Below are positions 12,495 through 25,189 of a stretch of DNA of 64,000 nucleotides, in pieces. The stretch's first letter is position 1. Each line of letters starts with the position of its first letter. The DNA is from Mobula hypostoma (taxonomy: Eukaryota), in contig NC_086097.1 in the NCBI RefSeq assembly GCF_963921235.1, positions 131,256,001-131,320,000 of the forward strand. The letters run 5' to 3'. Made by a program: the position numbers and the translations under genes. The notes beneath the pieces were generated by a model. It had not been told where the DNA came from. It was given only the letters and a program-made list of their open reading frames with translations, and made no database searches.

Positions 12495-12810
12495 TTAATG
12501 ACAGTGAGGTAGAAACAGTCTTTGAGTCTGGTGGGACATGCTTACAGGTTTTTGCATCTCCTGCCTGATGGAAGAGGTGTGTACAGAGAGCGTCTGGGTC
12601 TTTGATTATACTGGCTGCTTTATTGAGGCAGCAAGAAAGATAAACAGAGTCCTGGGTGGGGGTGGAATTCTGTGATGTGTTGAGCTGCCTCCACAACTCT
12701 CTGCAGTTCCTTGCAGTCAGATGCAGAGCATAACAAGCCACTTTGCATTCAGATATGATGATTTCTATGGTGTGCTGATAAAAATTGGTCAGGGATTCGA
12801 CATGAACGAT
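12495..12810 (-). mobile_element. Rex1/Babar-type LINE fragment
   Basis: Minus ORF contains CLNKAASIIKDP, the motif shared with the other copies. Confidence 0.7.
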
Positions 12811-12999
12811 ACCCATATTATTAAAAGCAGAGATGGCTTGATCTACAAACAATCGTCTGGAGGAATCTCTTGTGACTTCAGAGGTGGCTCAGGGTTTGAT
12901 TGGGCCATATTATCATCAGTTGACTCCCACTGGTTCAGATTTGTTGGGAAAAGCATGATTGGGATTAAGTGTGATGCCTCTGTGTAAATTACAGAGAGT

Positions 13000-13303
13000 G
13001 TTGGCGCATGGCCAAGCGGTTAAGGTGTTTGTCTAGTGAATTGAAGGTTGCTAGTTCGAGCCTTGGCTGAGGCAGCGTGTATGTCTTTGAGCAAGGCACT
13101 TAACCACACATTGCTCTGCAATGACACCAGTGCCAAGCTGTATGGGTCCTAATGCCCTTCCCGTGGACAACATCGGTGGCGTGGAGAGGGGAGACTTGCA
13201 GCATGGGCAGCTGCTGGTCTTCCATACAACCTTGCCCAGGCCTGCGTCCTGGAAACTTTCCAAGGCGCAAATCCATGGTCTCATGAGACTAACGGATGCC
13301 TAT
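13000..13303 (+). mobile_element. tRNA-derived SINE with CORE-like body, apparently full length
   Basis: A box TGGCCAAGCGG (13009-13019), B box AGTTCGAGCC (13053-13062), CORE-like TTGAGCAAGGCACTTAACC, and an RTE-like tail CCATGGTCTCATGAGACTAACGGATGCCTAT. Confidence 0.8.
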
Positions 13304-13309
13304 TAAATT

Positions 13310-13730
13310 GCAGAGACTGCAGATGCTGGAATCTGGAGCCACAAACATGCTGCAAGGGGAAATCAGCAGATTGAGTAGCATCAGTGGGGGGGGGGGAGGA
13401 ATTGTTGATTTTGGGGTTAAAACCTCCCACCAAGTATTGGGAATATTGGAGTATTTAGCAGAATTACAAATGTTCCTCCTTAAAACATATCGGCTGCAGT
13501 AAATAACGCATTTTGGCTTTGTTTGCAAATATTTAAAGTTATGAATACTCATATACGATACTGGAAGTGTTCATCATTTCACACAGCATCAATGGAAAGC
13601 GAATTAGCATGTTGACCTTTTAACCTCAAATGTTAATTCTGTTACTCTTTCCATAGACAGACTTGCTAAGTGTCTCCAGCACGTCTGTTTTTATTACAGA
13701 TTTTCAGCACCTGCATTTTTTTGACTTTCG
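13310..13730. mobile_element. Penelope-like terminal-repeat (pLTR) remnants at 13310-13425 and 13585-13730
   Basis: CTGCAGATGCTGGAATCT and its inverse TTTTCAGCACCTGCA, the same motifs as the pLTRs attached to PLE coding sequence at 38550-39067. Confidence 0.55.
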
Positions 13731-14003
13731 ATATCATTTATTGGTCATGGAGGAAGTTGCTTGGGATTTGTACAGGCGAGCCCCAAGAAATTCAGTTTGA
13801 AGTTGTTGGTGCTGTGTTTATGCAATGATCACATTAAAAGTGGCTGTGCCTTCAGAATCTCTTTCCTGCAGTTAACTAAGATGTGATTTCATTACAGCAA
13901 GGCGAGAATCAAAATAAAGCAGATTTACTGGTAAACTGCTGCTTGCTGGCCTGGGCAGATTTTGGATAAGATTAGTGGGACTTGCAATTTAGATCCGTTG
14001 TTA

Positions 14004-15091
14004 AATGCTTTTGACTCCATTCACCGAGGTAAAATGCTGAAGATCCTGAAAGTTTACGGAGTGCCAGACCATCTACTGAGAGCAATAGAGTCCAGCTATA
14101 CCTAAACCATGGCAAAAGTTGTATCACCAGACGGAGGAACAGCAGTGTTTGAGCTCCTAACTGGTGTGCTGCAAGGAGACACTCTGGCACCCTACATCTT
14201 TATAATCATCCTTGATTACGCTCTGCATCAAGCTACCAAAGATCATGACAAGCTTGGTTTCACTATTAAGTCAGGACGAACCAAAAGGTTCAGACCAGTT
14301 ACACTCCCAGATCTCGATTTTGCAGATGACATAGTCCTGCTCTCTGACCAGATGGAGGAAGCACAGCAGCTACTGACAAAAGTGGAAATTGAGTGCAATA
14401 AAGTTGGACTTCACCTAAACGCTAAAAAGACAGAGTACATGGTGTTTAACTACGATGAAGGTACTTTCAAGACCGTAAAGAATGATACCATTAAGAAAGT
14501 CTTTGACTACAAGTACCTCGGGTCAAGAATGATGAGTTCGGAGAAGGACATAAAGATACGGAAGCCGCTGACATGGAGGGCTATGAACGACATGAAGGAA
14601 ATCTGGAAGTTGAACCTGACCAGAGGGCTTAAAAAGAGGGTTTTCATAGCAGTCATAGAGTCCATTCTCACGTTTGACCGCGAGACGTGGACACTCACCA
14701 AGACTATGCGAAAGTCTCTAGATGGTTGCTATACTCGAATGCTCTGGATGACTCTTGATATGAGTTGGCAACAGCACATGATGAACGTTGAGCTCTATAA
14801 CGACCCACCGATGTTCACCATTAAAATCAAGGCGAGGGGACAGCAACTAGTGGGGCACTGTCTATGCCACCCCGACCTACCTGCCAGCCTAGACATCATA
14901 TGGGAACCCAAGCATGGGAGGATGAACTCTGGGTGCCCTCCCAAGACTATGGTCAACACACTCCTGGAAGACAGCAGCACGGCTAATGTAGTTGAACTGA
15001 ACACACCGATGAGGGAGAGGAAGAAGTGGAGAGTCCGTCATCGTGCCCAATGCCAGCCCCCTAGGCCTGAGTCAACATGGTAGTAGTAGTA
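14004..15091 (+). mobile_element. RTE-clade LINE, 5'-truncated, with a 324-aa uninterrupted RT C-terminal ORF (14109-15083)
   Basis: AFDSIHRGKM upstream (one in-frame stop before the ORF), then GVLQGDTLAPY, LDFADD, YKYLGS, ETWTLT. Ends in a (TAG)n tail at ~15081-15090. Confidence 0.9.
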
Positions 15092-15487
15092 AAATACTAC
15101 TTTACCAGTGTTGTGCCAGCACTCTCAGTGACATACCCCACTCCATAGAGTCAAATAGCACAGCCCACCAGGTCCATGCTATCAGCTACTCATCTCTGAA
15201 TACTAATCCCATTCAACTGCACTTGCATTATTCCCTCAGCTGTTTTTTTCCAGCTGCACCCATACTCTGAGCAGCAAATTTTTACGCCTGACAAATGCAT
15301 ACGTGAATATTTCTAAAGAAAATTGAAAGATCACATACTTCTGATTTTATTTATTAATTGAATGCTGTAATGAAACACAGTACAAGAATGAATGTTCATG
15401 TTTCATAAACTTATAAATTTAGATGGCATAGGCGTTCAGCAGGCCAGTGGTTTATTAACCAAGTGCTACCAACTTCCATTCTGTCTA

Positions 15488-15678
15488 ACAACACACACAC
15501 AAAATGCTGAAGGAACTCAGCAGGCTAGACAGCATCTATGGAAAAAAGTACAGTCAATATTTTGGCCCGTAACGTGGACTCTACTTTTTTCCAAAGATGC
15601 TGTCTGGCCTGCTGAGTGCCTCCAGCATTTTGTCTGTGTTGATCAGATTTCCAGCATCTGCATATTTTCTCTTGTTTG
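15488..15678. mobile_element. Inverted (hairpin) pair of Penelope-like pLTR fragments
   Basis: AACACACACACAAAATGCTGAAGGAACTCAGCAGGCTAGACAGCATCTATGGAAAAAAGTACAGTC is followed by its near reverse complement GACTCTACTTTTTTCCAAAGATGCTGTCTGGCCTGCTGAGTGCCTCCAGCATTTTGTCTGTGTT. Confidence 0.8.
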
Positions 15679-16289
15679 GAACTTCCATTCTGTGTTTATT
15701 GTCACAATTTGTAATAGTGTTGTAACTTGAAACACTGACAATGTAAGTACTTTGAAGCTCTAAAATGTTTCAAAGTAAAAGTTGAATTACATTTATTACT
15801 TAGAAAATTTATAGATTATGTGCAGTAACACATAATTAATTACAGGGTATTTTACAATTATATTAACAGATATTTCAGAATTATGTTGGCACAATTTCTA
15901 AATTATATTAGCATTATATAAAAGAAAATGCCAGCTGCGTAGCAACAAGGGCCATGTGCGCGAGTGCACTTCAGTTACTGCTTGGAGGGAATAGTGAGCA
16001 CTTGGTCCATAGCCCTCAGATGTCTCTCTAAATAATTCTTATATTTTATGAGAATCTTTGTTGCCTCTCCGTCACCTTAAGACAGCACATTCCACTCGCC
16101 TCAGCAACTCTGCAAACCTTTAAGAGCTTTGATCTGCTCTATTTCAGACCCATTTTGCAGCCCCATCGTTGTTTGACCAGTAGGATGCCCTAGTCCCAAG
16201 TCCTTCAATTCCTTTCTCTCTCTCTGACATTTCTTAAAACCAGCTCTTTTTTCATGATCTTACTAATGTCACCTTCTGCGGCTTGGAGA

Positions 16290-16505
16290 CTAGTTAGTAA
16301 CACAACTGTGTGGCATAGTGGGAGGATGTTAAAAGGGCCATTTAAATGCAAATTGAAGTTAATGTTTGGCTTGTTAGCACTTAAAGCTTGTCTTAAAATG
16401 TCTCCCTCTGCATCCCTGCCTATGTTTGTTGTGCACCACTTCAAAGCTGAAGTTTGAGGCTGTCAAAACCACAGTTTGCAGGAACCCATTGAGAGAAATC
16501 AGCAA
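16290..16505. promoter_or_regulatory. Candidate conserved enhancer (octamer, TCF, TALE, RUNX motifs)
   Basis: ATGCAAAT (16346-16353), CTTCAAAG, GCTGTCAA and AACCACA within ~150 bp of non-repeat sequence. Confidence 0.4.
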
Positions 16506-16675
16506 GAAAACCCATATAGCCAAAGGTGGGTTTGAAGCATAAAAGAAGATACTGAAACACTCAGGCCATTGTTGAATATGGTATGAAGATACATGTTGTA
16601 AACCCCAAGCATTTCAATTCATTGGGCCTGTGTAATCCAGAGGAGCAGAACCAATGACCATGTCACTATTCCAAT

Positions 16676-16812
16676 CACAAACAAGATAAAATCTGCAGAT
16701 GTTGGACATCCAAGCAACACACATAAAATGCTAGGGGAACTCAGCAGACCAGGCAGCATCCATGCAAATGAATAAACAGTCGACACTTTGGGCCGAGACC
16801 CTTCAGCAGGAC
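16676..16812 (-). mobile_element. Penelope-like pLTR with degenerate hammerhead motif
   Basis: Minus strand reads GTC-CTGCTGA-AGGG-TCTCGG-CCC-AAA-GTGTC-GACTG. Confidence 0.8.
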
Positions 16813-18502
16813 CTCAATATTTTGCTTGGTGAATGTTACTGAGTGTGTGTATGTGTGTGTATGGGGATGTGGATGTGCATGTGCGTGTGTGTGTGTGTGC
16901 ACTCGGAAACTTATACGAGTGTAACTCTATGTGTACGCATATGTTTGCATGCTTATGTATACAAATGCTTTGGGACACTTTGAAATGCAAGATTTTAACT
17001 TCTGAAGTATGTAGAGTACTAAAACTGTTTCTGTACTTTACAGCTCTACATCAGCTTAGTTGTGGCAAATTACCAGATGGTGAATTTTCCCAAAATTCAG
17101 TTTGAAAAAAATGCTTTGTAATATTTCCTGTTTTACACAACAAATCCAATACACTTACAAGTTCTCTTTTTCAAATCCAATATTTCTTTGGAGTCAACAG
17201 CATTAAATTGATGTTGTGTCAAACCCCGTAACATCTAACGCCTTGGATGCAGCAACAGTAAGAGGCTGCAAAAAAATTTTCAGTCTTGATACTTAGATTT
17301 AAAACAAAGTCTAATAGTTCCTGATCAACTCTGTACAAATATGTCATTTAGAAAACATAGTTTACCTGAGTTTTAGTGTCCTGATTTCTTCTGTTCAGGA
17401 TCTTGGGTGATTTAACTGAATTGTCACAAAGCAAATTGCATTCCCATTTCCTTTATGCTTTTCAAAGAAACACGTGTTTACTCTTGAAGTAAGTATTCTT
17501 CCCCATTTATGACAGAGAATATTTTGGTCTTTCTCCTAAATTTCACAATATATGTCAGTGATAATAAACCTGATTCTAATTTTGATTCTAAAAGTGCTTA
17601 TTTCTACACTTAATCTTATTTGTTTATTTATATGCCAATAAATGGTTAATTCATTACACTGTGATGCTTCCTTATGCCTTGTAATTAAAATGATCAAGCA
17701 AGCTAATTGCCCTCCTCTCGTTTTGTATGGAGACAGCAGAACCCAAGTGGTGCACATTGGGATTATGCATGATCACATCTATGTACTTCAATTTGGTTGG
17801 TCACCAGATGCAACTGCGAGTCTGTTCTTAAAGACGTTTCCATCTTCTCTCCAAGACTCATTGAGCACATAGTACAGTGTAAACTCAAGGAAGTTTCCAA
17901 CCCTCATCAATGTTACCACTCATCTGCTGACTTCAGCCAATTATGGCACAGGATATTGTTTGCTCCGGGGCTGTGGCCTTTTATCACATATGCGCCCATA
18001 ACACTTTTTCTTTCTCCCTTTCCCTCTTTCACTCTCTCTTCCACCTCAAATGTAACCCCACTGTCCTTCATAATAGCGCACAACTTTGGATGCCAAAGAG
18101 AAGGAATATGCAGCAGCCTGTCTTGGAACAGGCAAGCAGGAGTTTTGGATTTTTAACTTTGGTCCAAACCAGTTGACTCATCTCTTCATCAATTTCAAGA
18201 GGTCGACAAAAGTTTTTGATAATGACCTGTGGAGAATCCCTGAATAGAGAGGGAAACTTTTCTGTGTTTCTTCAAGCAATGAATAATCTGAGTTGACCAG
18301 GAACATTGTTTGCCTGAGATCACAAAGCAATCTTTCTTCCACGGTCACCCACACTTCACTCTATACAAAGGTCTTTGTGGCAGCGAGAGAAACAGCAGAC
18401 TTTTCTTTAAGGCAGAATGTAAAACCTTCATGCTCCACTCCACAGACATAAAAATATAAATCTGTCCTCCAACCCCAATGTAGTGCAGAATGAGGTGACT
18501 GA

Positions 18503-18725
18503 GAGGTTCATTTAGTAAAGCTGCTGCCTCACCGAGTCAGAAACATGGGTTCAATCCCAACCTTGGGTGCTGTCTGTGTGGAGTTTGCATATTCTCCTTC
18601 TGACCACGTGACTTTCATCAGGGTACTCTGATTCCCAAAGACTGCAGTGTGGTAGTTAATAAATTATTCTCAGTGTGAAGGTGAATCTGAGGGATATTGA
18701 TGGGAATGAAAAAAGAATTCGGGTT
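18503..18725 (+). mobile_element. HE1/V-SINE, degenerate
   Basis: GCTGCTGCCTCAC...GGGTTCAATCCC (B box)...TGTCTGTGTGGAGTTTGCATATTCTCC (V domain). Confidence 0.8.
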
Positions 18726-18737
18726 ACAGCTGGCACG

Positions 18738-19125
18738 TTTGGACTGTTTTCTCTAGAGTGGCAGAGACTGAAGGAAGATGACGTGACGTGGGTAGAGTAG
18801 ACATCATCACTTTCCCAGGGTAGAAGGTTCAAGTACGAGAGGGCATGCATTTAAACTGCAAAAGTGGAAGTACAAAGGAGATGTGTGGGACAATTTCCTT
18901 ACATAGAGAGCGGTGAGAACCTGAAATGCTGTGCCTGAGGGGGTGGTAGAGTCAGATCACACAGGAATATTTAAGAAACTCTTATTTCTGGGACATGAAT
19001 ATGCAGAGTAAGGAGGGATATGGCCAGTGAGTTAGGAAGGGAGATTAGATTAATTAGCTTTAATTAGTTTGGTGCTACATCATGAGATGAAGTGCATGTC
19101 CTATGTTGTACTGTTTTATGTTCTC
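18738..19125 (+). mobile_element. CR1 3' fragment, degenerate
   Basis: GGACTGTTTTCTCTAGAG...AGAGGGCATGCATTTAAA...CR1-type tail. Confidence 0.7.
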
Positions 19126-20144
19126 TATTCAAAGAGCTGGCAAAGACATAATGGGATGAATGGCTTTTTTGTATGTTGCAAGGAAGTTTGCAAAATGGAA
19201 TAATAAAGATCCGGAAGATCCTAAGGCTCACCTGTTTGGGATTGCAATCGGGATATGACATATATCAGCTGGGCACCAGCACTGCTAGGTGAGGAAGAGG
19301 AAACCTGGCTAGAATTTCTGTTCCGGAGTACAATTATTTTCTTGCATTGTAAACTCTGGGAATACAGAAGGACTGGAAGCTCTAGGGATAGTTGAGGTAC
19401 TATTATTTGTGTCAAAAGTTTTGGGCCTGCCAAGGGTGGTAGGCACAAGGTTGATCTATTGTTCACAGCACCTGTTAGAGCCTGTATGTGATGGGTTAGG
19501 GAAAAGATTGGGCTCACTTAAATGAGCTCACACAAATATGTAAATTGCTTATGCAAACACATGGACATACAAAGTGATTCTCAGAAGTCAACAAGATAAC
19601 TGTTTATCTTCACCACATCTTCATTGGCGTAAATCTGGCAATATGAAAATCTTCTTTTCACACTCCTATGGACACAAATACATAGAATGAAAGTTGAATA
19701 GGTTCCCTTTCGTGTGAATGAGGTGCTGTGACAGCTGCTTGACTTTGTAGAGAAGACGTGTATTTACCTGAGTTTAATTTTCTTGGAATTTTCACTCCTT
19801 AGTCTGATCACAAGTGTGAATCTTAATATTATAATAAAGCACTACCTGAGGAATTTTTGTAATCTAAAAGATTACCGTTTAAAACAATTTAAAATGCAAT
19901 AATTTGAAAATTCCTGGATTAATGTCAAAGACAACAGGGAATGAAATTCTAGTACTGTGAATTTGTGATCTTCACTAAGCTTGTGAACTTTCTATCCAGG
20001 TATAATTCATAAAAAAGCAGGTGCTTTGATTAATTTTGAATTTACAGAGCATGTAGACTGGTAGTTTTTTTTCTAAAACTGTTCAGTCTTTCAATTAGAT
20101 CATTATGGATATCACTGTTAAGCATGCAATCATTTTGAAGAAAA

Positions 20145-20727
20145 CAAATCCTGCACAGCAGCTGTGTACAAGAAGGGCCAGATTCGCCTCTACTTCTCGA
20201 GGAGACTGAGGTCTTTTGGAGTATGCAGGCCTCTCCTTCACATGTTCTACCAGTCTATTGTCGCCAGTACAATTTTCTATGCAGTAGTGTGCTGGAGCAG
20301 TGGCATCAACACGGCTGATGCCAACAGGCTCAATAAACTGATTAGAAAGGCTGGCTCTGTTATAGGAGTCAAACTGGACACACTGGAGACTGTGATAGAA
20401 CAAAGGACCCTATGGAAATCCTGGCAGTTCTGAACAATGTTTCTCATCCTCTGCCTGCCACCTTGGCTGACCAGAGGGGCACTTTTAGTGAAAGACTATG
20501 ACAACTGCACTGCTCCAAAGAGTGTTATATGAGGTCATTCTTACCCTTGGCCATGAAACTCTATAATGAGTCATCCTATAGCAAGGGAAATGATGACCCT
20601 TTCTGTTAGACTGTTTGAGGTAACTTATTTTCTTACCTCTTTTCTAATATTGGTTATCTGTGCACTTGTAATGCTACTGTGACATTCTAATTTCCTTTGG
20701 GATCAATAAAGCATCTATCTATCTATC
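20145..20727 (+). mobile_element. Rex1/Babar-type LINE 3' fragment
   Basis: ORF YKKGQIRLYFSRRLRSF..FYQSIVASTIFYAVVCW..RLNKLIRKAGSVIG. Tail GGGATCAATAAAGCATCTATCTATCTATC. Confidence 0.88.
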
Positions 20728-21167
20728 TTTTTAACCAAATGAATTTCACTTATCTTCTCATGAAGTCCCAGAGTCTTTTATACCATATATTTTTACTGAG
20801 GTTTATACCAAAACGCAGTACTTTCCATGTAACAATGATCAGTTTGGGAGACAATAATTATTGGCCAGAGCAAATAAGTCTCAGATCCTGTTTTGAAGAG
20901 GTACCATGTGAGAGAGGAGATAAGGTCCTGGTTTAAAATCTTCACTAAAACATAGATGGTCACCTGAATTGCCAAGATCGTAGTATGGCTATTGGGATTA
21001 ATAATGATAGATATATGATAGTCTCGGCAAGTTGGGTTGAAAAGCCTGCTTATGTGTTGGATGACTGTGATATTATGGCATCACTGATAGTGAAGCATCC
21101 ACCCCACCACTCACCTAACACGGCAATGGAGTGCCACCCAACGTTATTGTGTACCACAGGCTTGAAT

Positions 21168-21505
21168 GAAAATTAGGTTTATTATCGTGGATGTTTATCA
21201 TTGTGAACTGTGTTGTTTAGCAGCAGCAGTACAGTGCAAAGACATGAAAATTACCGTAAGTTACAAAATAAATAAACGGTGCAGAAGATGAATGACAAGG
21301 TAGTATTCATAGGTTCAGGGTCTCTTCAGAAATCTGATGGCCGAAGGAAAGTGGCTGTTCCGAAAATACTGAGTGTGGGTCTTTGTGTTCCTGTACCTCC
21401 TCCCTGATGGTAGTAATAGGAAGAGGACATGTTCTGGATGGTGAGGGTCTTTAATGATGGATGCTACCTTCTTGAGGCATCTCCTCTTGAAGATGTTCTT
21501 GATGA
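21168..21505 (-). mobile_element. Rex1/Babar-type LINE 3' fragment
   Basis: RCLKKVASIIKDPHHPEHVLFLLLPSGRRYR..FRNSHFPSAIRFL. Confidence 0.85.
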
Positions 21506-21638
21506 TCCATCTTGAGTCTAATACCTTAAGACCCAGAAACAAAATTAATACCCATTGAGCCACAGATACCATTTAACATTCATCAGTGTTTGACTGTAAT
21601 GTAAATTATAATCAATAGTCTTTAGAAGACTGTATCTT

Positions 21639-22050
21639 GAGTCATAGAGTAATACAGCATTGAAACAGGCCCCCGTCAGCCCAAATTATCCATGCCGACC
21701 AAGATGTCCATCTAAGCTAATCCTATTTGCTCACTTTTGGCCCATATACCTCTAAATCTTTTGTGTGTGTTTCCCATATTCTTTAACTCTCCTAAATACC
21801 AAAAACCCTAGCTATCACCTTCTTCGTTACATTGAGCTACACAGTTCCCTGGCATAAAGAATTCCAAAGGTTCACTATACTCGGAGAAGAAATTCCTCAT
21901 CTTAATGCAAAGATTGGTCGAGCTGTGGACAGTGTAGAAAGCTAATAAATGATATAGCAGGATATAGATCAGTTACAGATAAGTTTTGATAACTCAACAT
22001 CAAAAGTGGAGTGTATCCTACAAAAGGCATTGATTGGCCTTTAGTGTCAG
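21639..22050. mobile_element. CR1 fragments (3' end on minus 21639-21900; RT piece on plus ~21905-22050)
   Basis: AGTCATAGAG..ACAGCATTGAAACAGGCCC is a CR1 tail complement. AAAGATTGGTCGAGCTGTGGACAGTGTAGAA corresponds to KIG..VDS.E. Confidence 0.6.
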
Positions 22051-22479
22051 GCAACCACTGTGAGTTTTAATCTATCACACAAAAAATCCCTTTAAACCTA
22101 TCTCTAAATTAAATACTAAATTTATATTTGGATCAATAGAATACAAATTGCTTATTAATAGTTCCAAATGATAAGAATGGGCTGTGGGGGCTGTAGACTG
22201 TAGATCATTTAAATCCACTTTTGAAAGGTAAAATTACAATTGTATTATTTTCTTCCCATCAAAAATGGCTTGCTGGTCATCCTTCATTGAAGTCAGTCAT
22301 TGGGTGATGAAAAAGTTGCAACCAATTGAAGGCCCCAAACCAAACGTAGACCAGGTATTGAAAAGCATCTCCCATTCTTAGACTTACATTTGTACATTTA
22401 AGTCTTTAACGTGCTTTGGTTGCTGAAATTTTGAGGTAATGGTGCAATGAGAGAATATTGACAGGAGTTCTTCAGTCTG

Positions 22480-22872
22480 CCTTTGTCTCACACTGTTCCC
22501 ATTTGCCCATTCCAACTCCCATATATGATTCCATGCTCTACCATTTTCTCCTATCAAGTTCCATAATCAGCAGCCTTGTTGCCTCCACTGATCACCCCCC
22601 AGTCTCTGTCATTATTTCCACCCTATCCCCTTTATTTGTGTATCACCCCTCCCCACCTGGATTCACCTGTCATCATTTGCCATCTCTTGTTCTACTTCTT
22701 TACTAGTCTCTTTATGCTGGCTATCTCCTCTCTATATTTCTTTTTATTTGAAAGATCTCAACCCAAAACATAGACTGTCCATTTCCCCCTACAGATACTG
22801 CTTAATCCATTGAGTTCCTCCAGTGTTTTTGTGTGTTACTCCAATTTCCAGCATCTGTGGACTTTTGTGTCA
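22480..22872 (+). mobile_element. Penelope-like 3' end (polypyrimidine 3'UTR plus pLTR), degenerate
   Basis: Pyrimidine-rich tract followed by GATCTCAACCCAAAACATAGACTG...GAGTTCCTCCAG...TTTCCAGCATCTG. Confidence 0.6.
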
Positions 22873-24009
22873 ACCTTTTCTTGATGCTGCCTTCCATTTA
22901 ATATATACCCCTTGTCTCAGATTAAGGAAGCAAGAGCCTTAATCTGGTGGTCAGGATACGACGATGTCCTTTCCGAACAATTAGCTCTTATTAAGCATAT
23001 TCACAATTTAATGCTGTAGATTTGACTACCAAACTTCCAAGAGATGACACAGCCATTTTCTAAGTGACATTATGGGATACATTTTGGTCAGTAGAATGGG
23101 AGGTCTCTCTTACTCTTCTCCAAAAATGTGGCACCCAGCTGAAAGGTGGACAAGACTTTCCACCCCAATGATCCCATCTACAAAATGTTTCAGAAGTAGA
23201 GACTGAACCCAAATAGTCAGACTCAGTGCTAAGTATGCAGCACAGTAAGGTAGTGTTGGTATTTAATAGCATTGACTGGATCTTGGAGTAATGTAAAAAA
23301 ATTAGATCAAACTACATAAAAAATGCCTGAGTTCCCTGTTCTGGTTGGGGACAGGGCAGTTCACAATTCTGTGGAATTTCTGCATTGTAAATTAAGTATC
23401 TTGTTTACAATGGTAGCTGTAATTATTGTGCTCACTCCGAGTGCCAGAACTGATTCTTGGGTCTGTTTCACTTGGCACAATCAATGACTCTTTTATACAC
23501 TCTGTGAAAATGCTGTTTACGTAAGTACCTGGAATTACTACAACAGGCTCACTGCAGGTGGCAGTCATAAGTCTGCAGTTCTTGCACAGACACAGACTTT
23601 GCAATCTCTTTAGTTCAACAACATAGAATCATACAAGAAGACACCAGCATTATTACGTTAAGCCATCACACTGACATTTTTCATTGTTGTAAGGTTCAAA
23701 GAAATAAAATGCTGATTGTAACGGGAGTTCTGCGTAGAATAGTGACTCAAGATCAGAATCACACCAGCAAAGTATGTTGGGCACTTAGTATTACAGAATT
23801 TTCTTGGAGTACTATTGCCCACACTTGCTAAATTCTTCCTTAGTTTCTTCATCAGTGCTAAGCTCTCTCATTCCATCCAATTCAGTCAAATAATGCAATC
23901 CCAAATGAAGCCCTTTATCTATATCAGCCACATTCTCTACCACATTTGGTTGGGTTGCTGTTCAATGGTGCATCAAGTACCAATCCTACGTCCATTGACA
24001 CCTCAATAC

Positions 24010-24337
24010 TAGTTTGAGGTGCATAAAATCATAAGGCGAATAAACAAAGTCTTTTTTCCAGGTTGGGGAATTAAGAACAAGTGTGTGTTGCAAGAACTAG
24101 AAGGCATATGTTTAAGGTGAGGGGGAGAAACTTAATAGGAACCTGAGGGAATTTTTTTCATGCAGAGTGATGTGTACATTAACAATTTAAAAGGAACTTG
24201 GACAGCAAAGTGGATAGGAACGGTTTAGAAGGATATGGACTAAACACAGGCAAATGGGACTAACTCAGATAGGAATCTTAATCAGCATGGACTAGTTGGC
24301 CAATTTCTGTGCTGTATGACTCTGTGACTCTGTGACT
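24010..24337 (+). mobile_element. CR1 3' fragment
   Basis: GAACTAGAAGGCATATGTTTAAGGTGAG, ending in the tail CTGTGCTGTATGACTCTGTGACTCTGTGACT. Confidence 0.75.
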
Positions 24338-24479
24338 TTGTCTCTCATGATGACCATTTTCTCCTTGTAGCCTAACTGTCAGCGTGCAATAACAATAAAA
24401 ATATCTGGGGGTACTTTGTAGGTTAGGCAGTTTCCATGGAGAATGGCTATGGATTCTCTCTGTGCTTTAAGACTAGGAT

Positions 24480-24945
24480 ACATCATTGTACACAAAACAG
24501 AGCAGTACAGTGCAGGAATATGTCCTTCCACTCACAATTTCTGTGGCAAACACAATGCCAAAATAAAGTAAATCTCTTCTGCTTGTACATGATCCTCATC
24601 CAGCTATTCCTTGCATTTGTCTATCAGCCTCTTAAGTGCCATTATCTTACCTATATCCACCACTCAACCTGCCCCACCCCTCCCTGGCATCTCATTCCAG
24701 GGACCTACCACTCCCTGTGTAAAAAGCTTGACTCACATTTCTCCTTTAAACTTTCTCCCCTTAGTGTACCTTAAATGAATGTCCTCTGGTATTAGATATT
24801 TCGACCCTGGGACAAAAGATTCTGGGTGTTTCTCTGAGCTATGTCTCTCATAATTTTATAAACTTCTACCAGGCCCCTCAGCCTCTGACACTCCAGAGAT
24901 AACCCAAGTTTACCCAATCTCTCATTGTAGCTCATGCCCTCGAAT
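24480..24945 (-). mobile_element. CR1 3' fragment
   Basis: Complement of the CR1 C-terminus (TCTCATAATTTTATAAACTTCTACCAGG, CATTCCAGG) and tail. Confidence 0.7.
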
Positions 24946-25059
24946 CTCACATGGTCCCTCTTTGGTCAAGAGAGCACAGCAGCATCCCCATTTCCTGAGG
25001 AGAATGAGGTGAGTGAGTGTCCCTCCCCCCACAAGCCATTTTAACCAATTTTTAAAGGA

Positions 25060-25187
25060 GTACCATTGAGTGTGTCCTGACCAGCTGCATCACTGCTTGT
25101 TACGGGTTTTACAAGCCATCTGACCGCAAGTCCCTACAAAGGTTTGTGAGGACAGTTAAGAGGATCATCGGGGGCTCTCTTCCACAC
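25060..25187 (+). mobile_element. Rex1/Babar-type fragment
   Basis: TIECVLTSCITACYG..DRKSLQRFVRTVKRIIG. Confidence 0.7.
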
Positions 25188-25189
25188 AT

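Noticed and set aside
13003..13075. Possible tRNA gene
   Set aside because: A and B boxes run into a SINE body with no clean cloverleaf or poly-T terminator.
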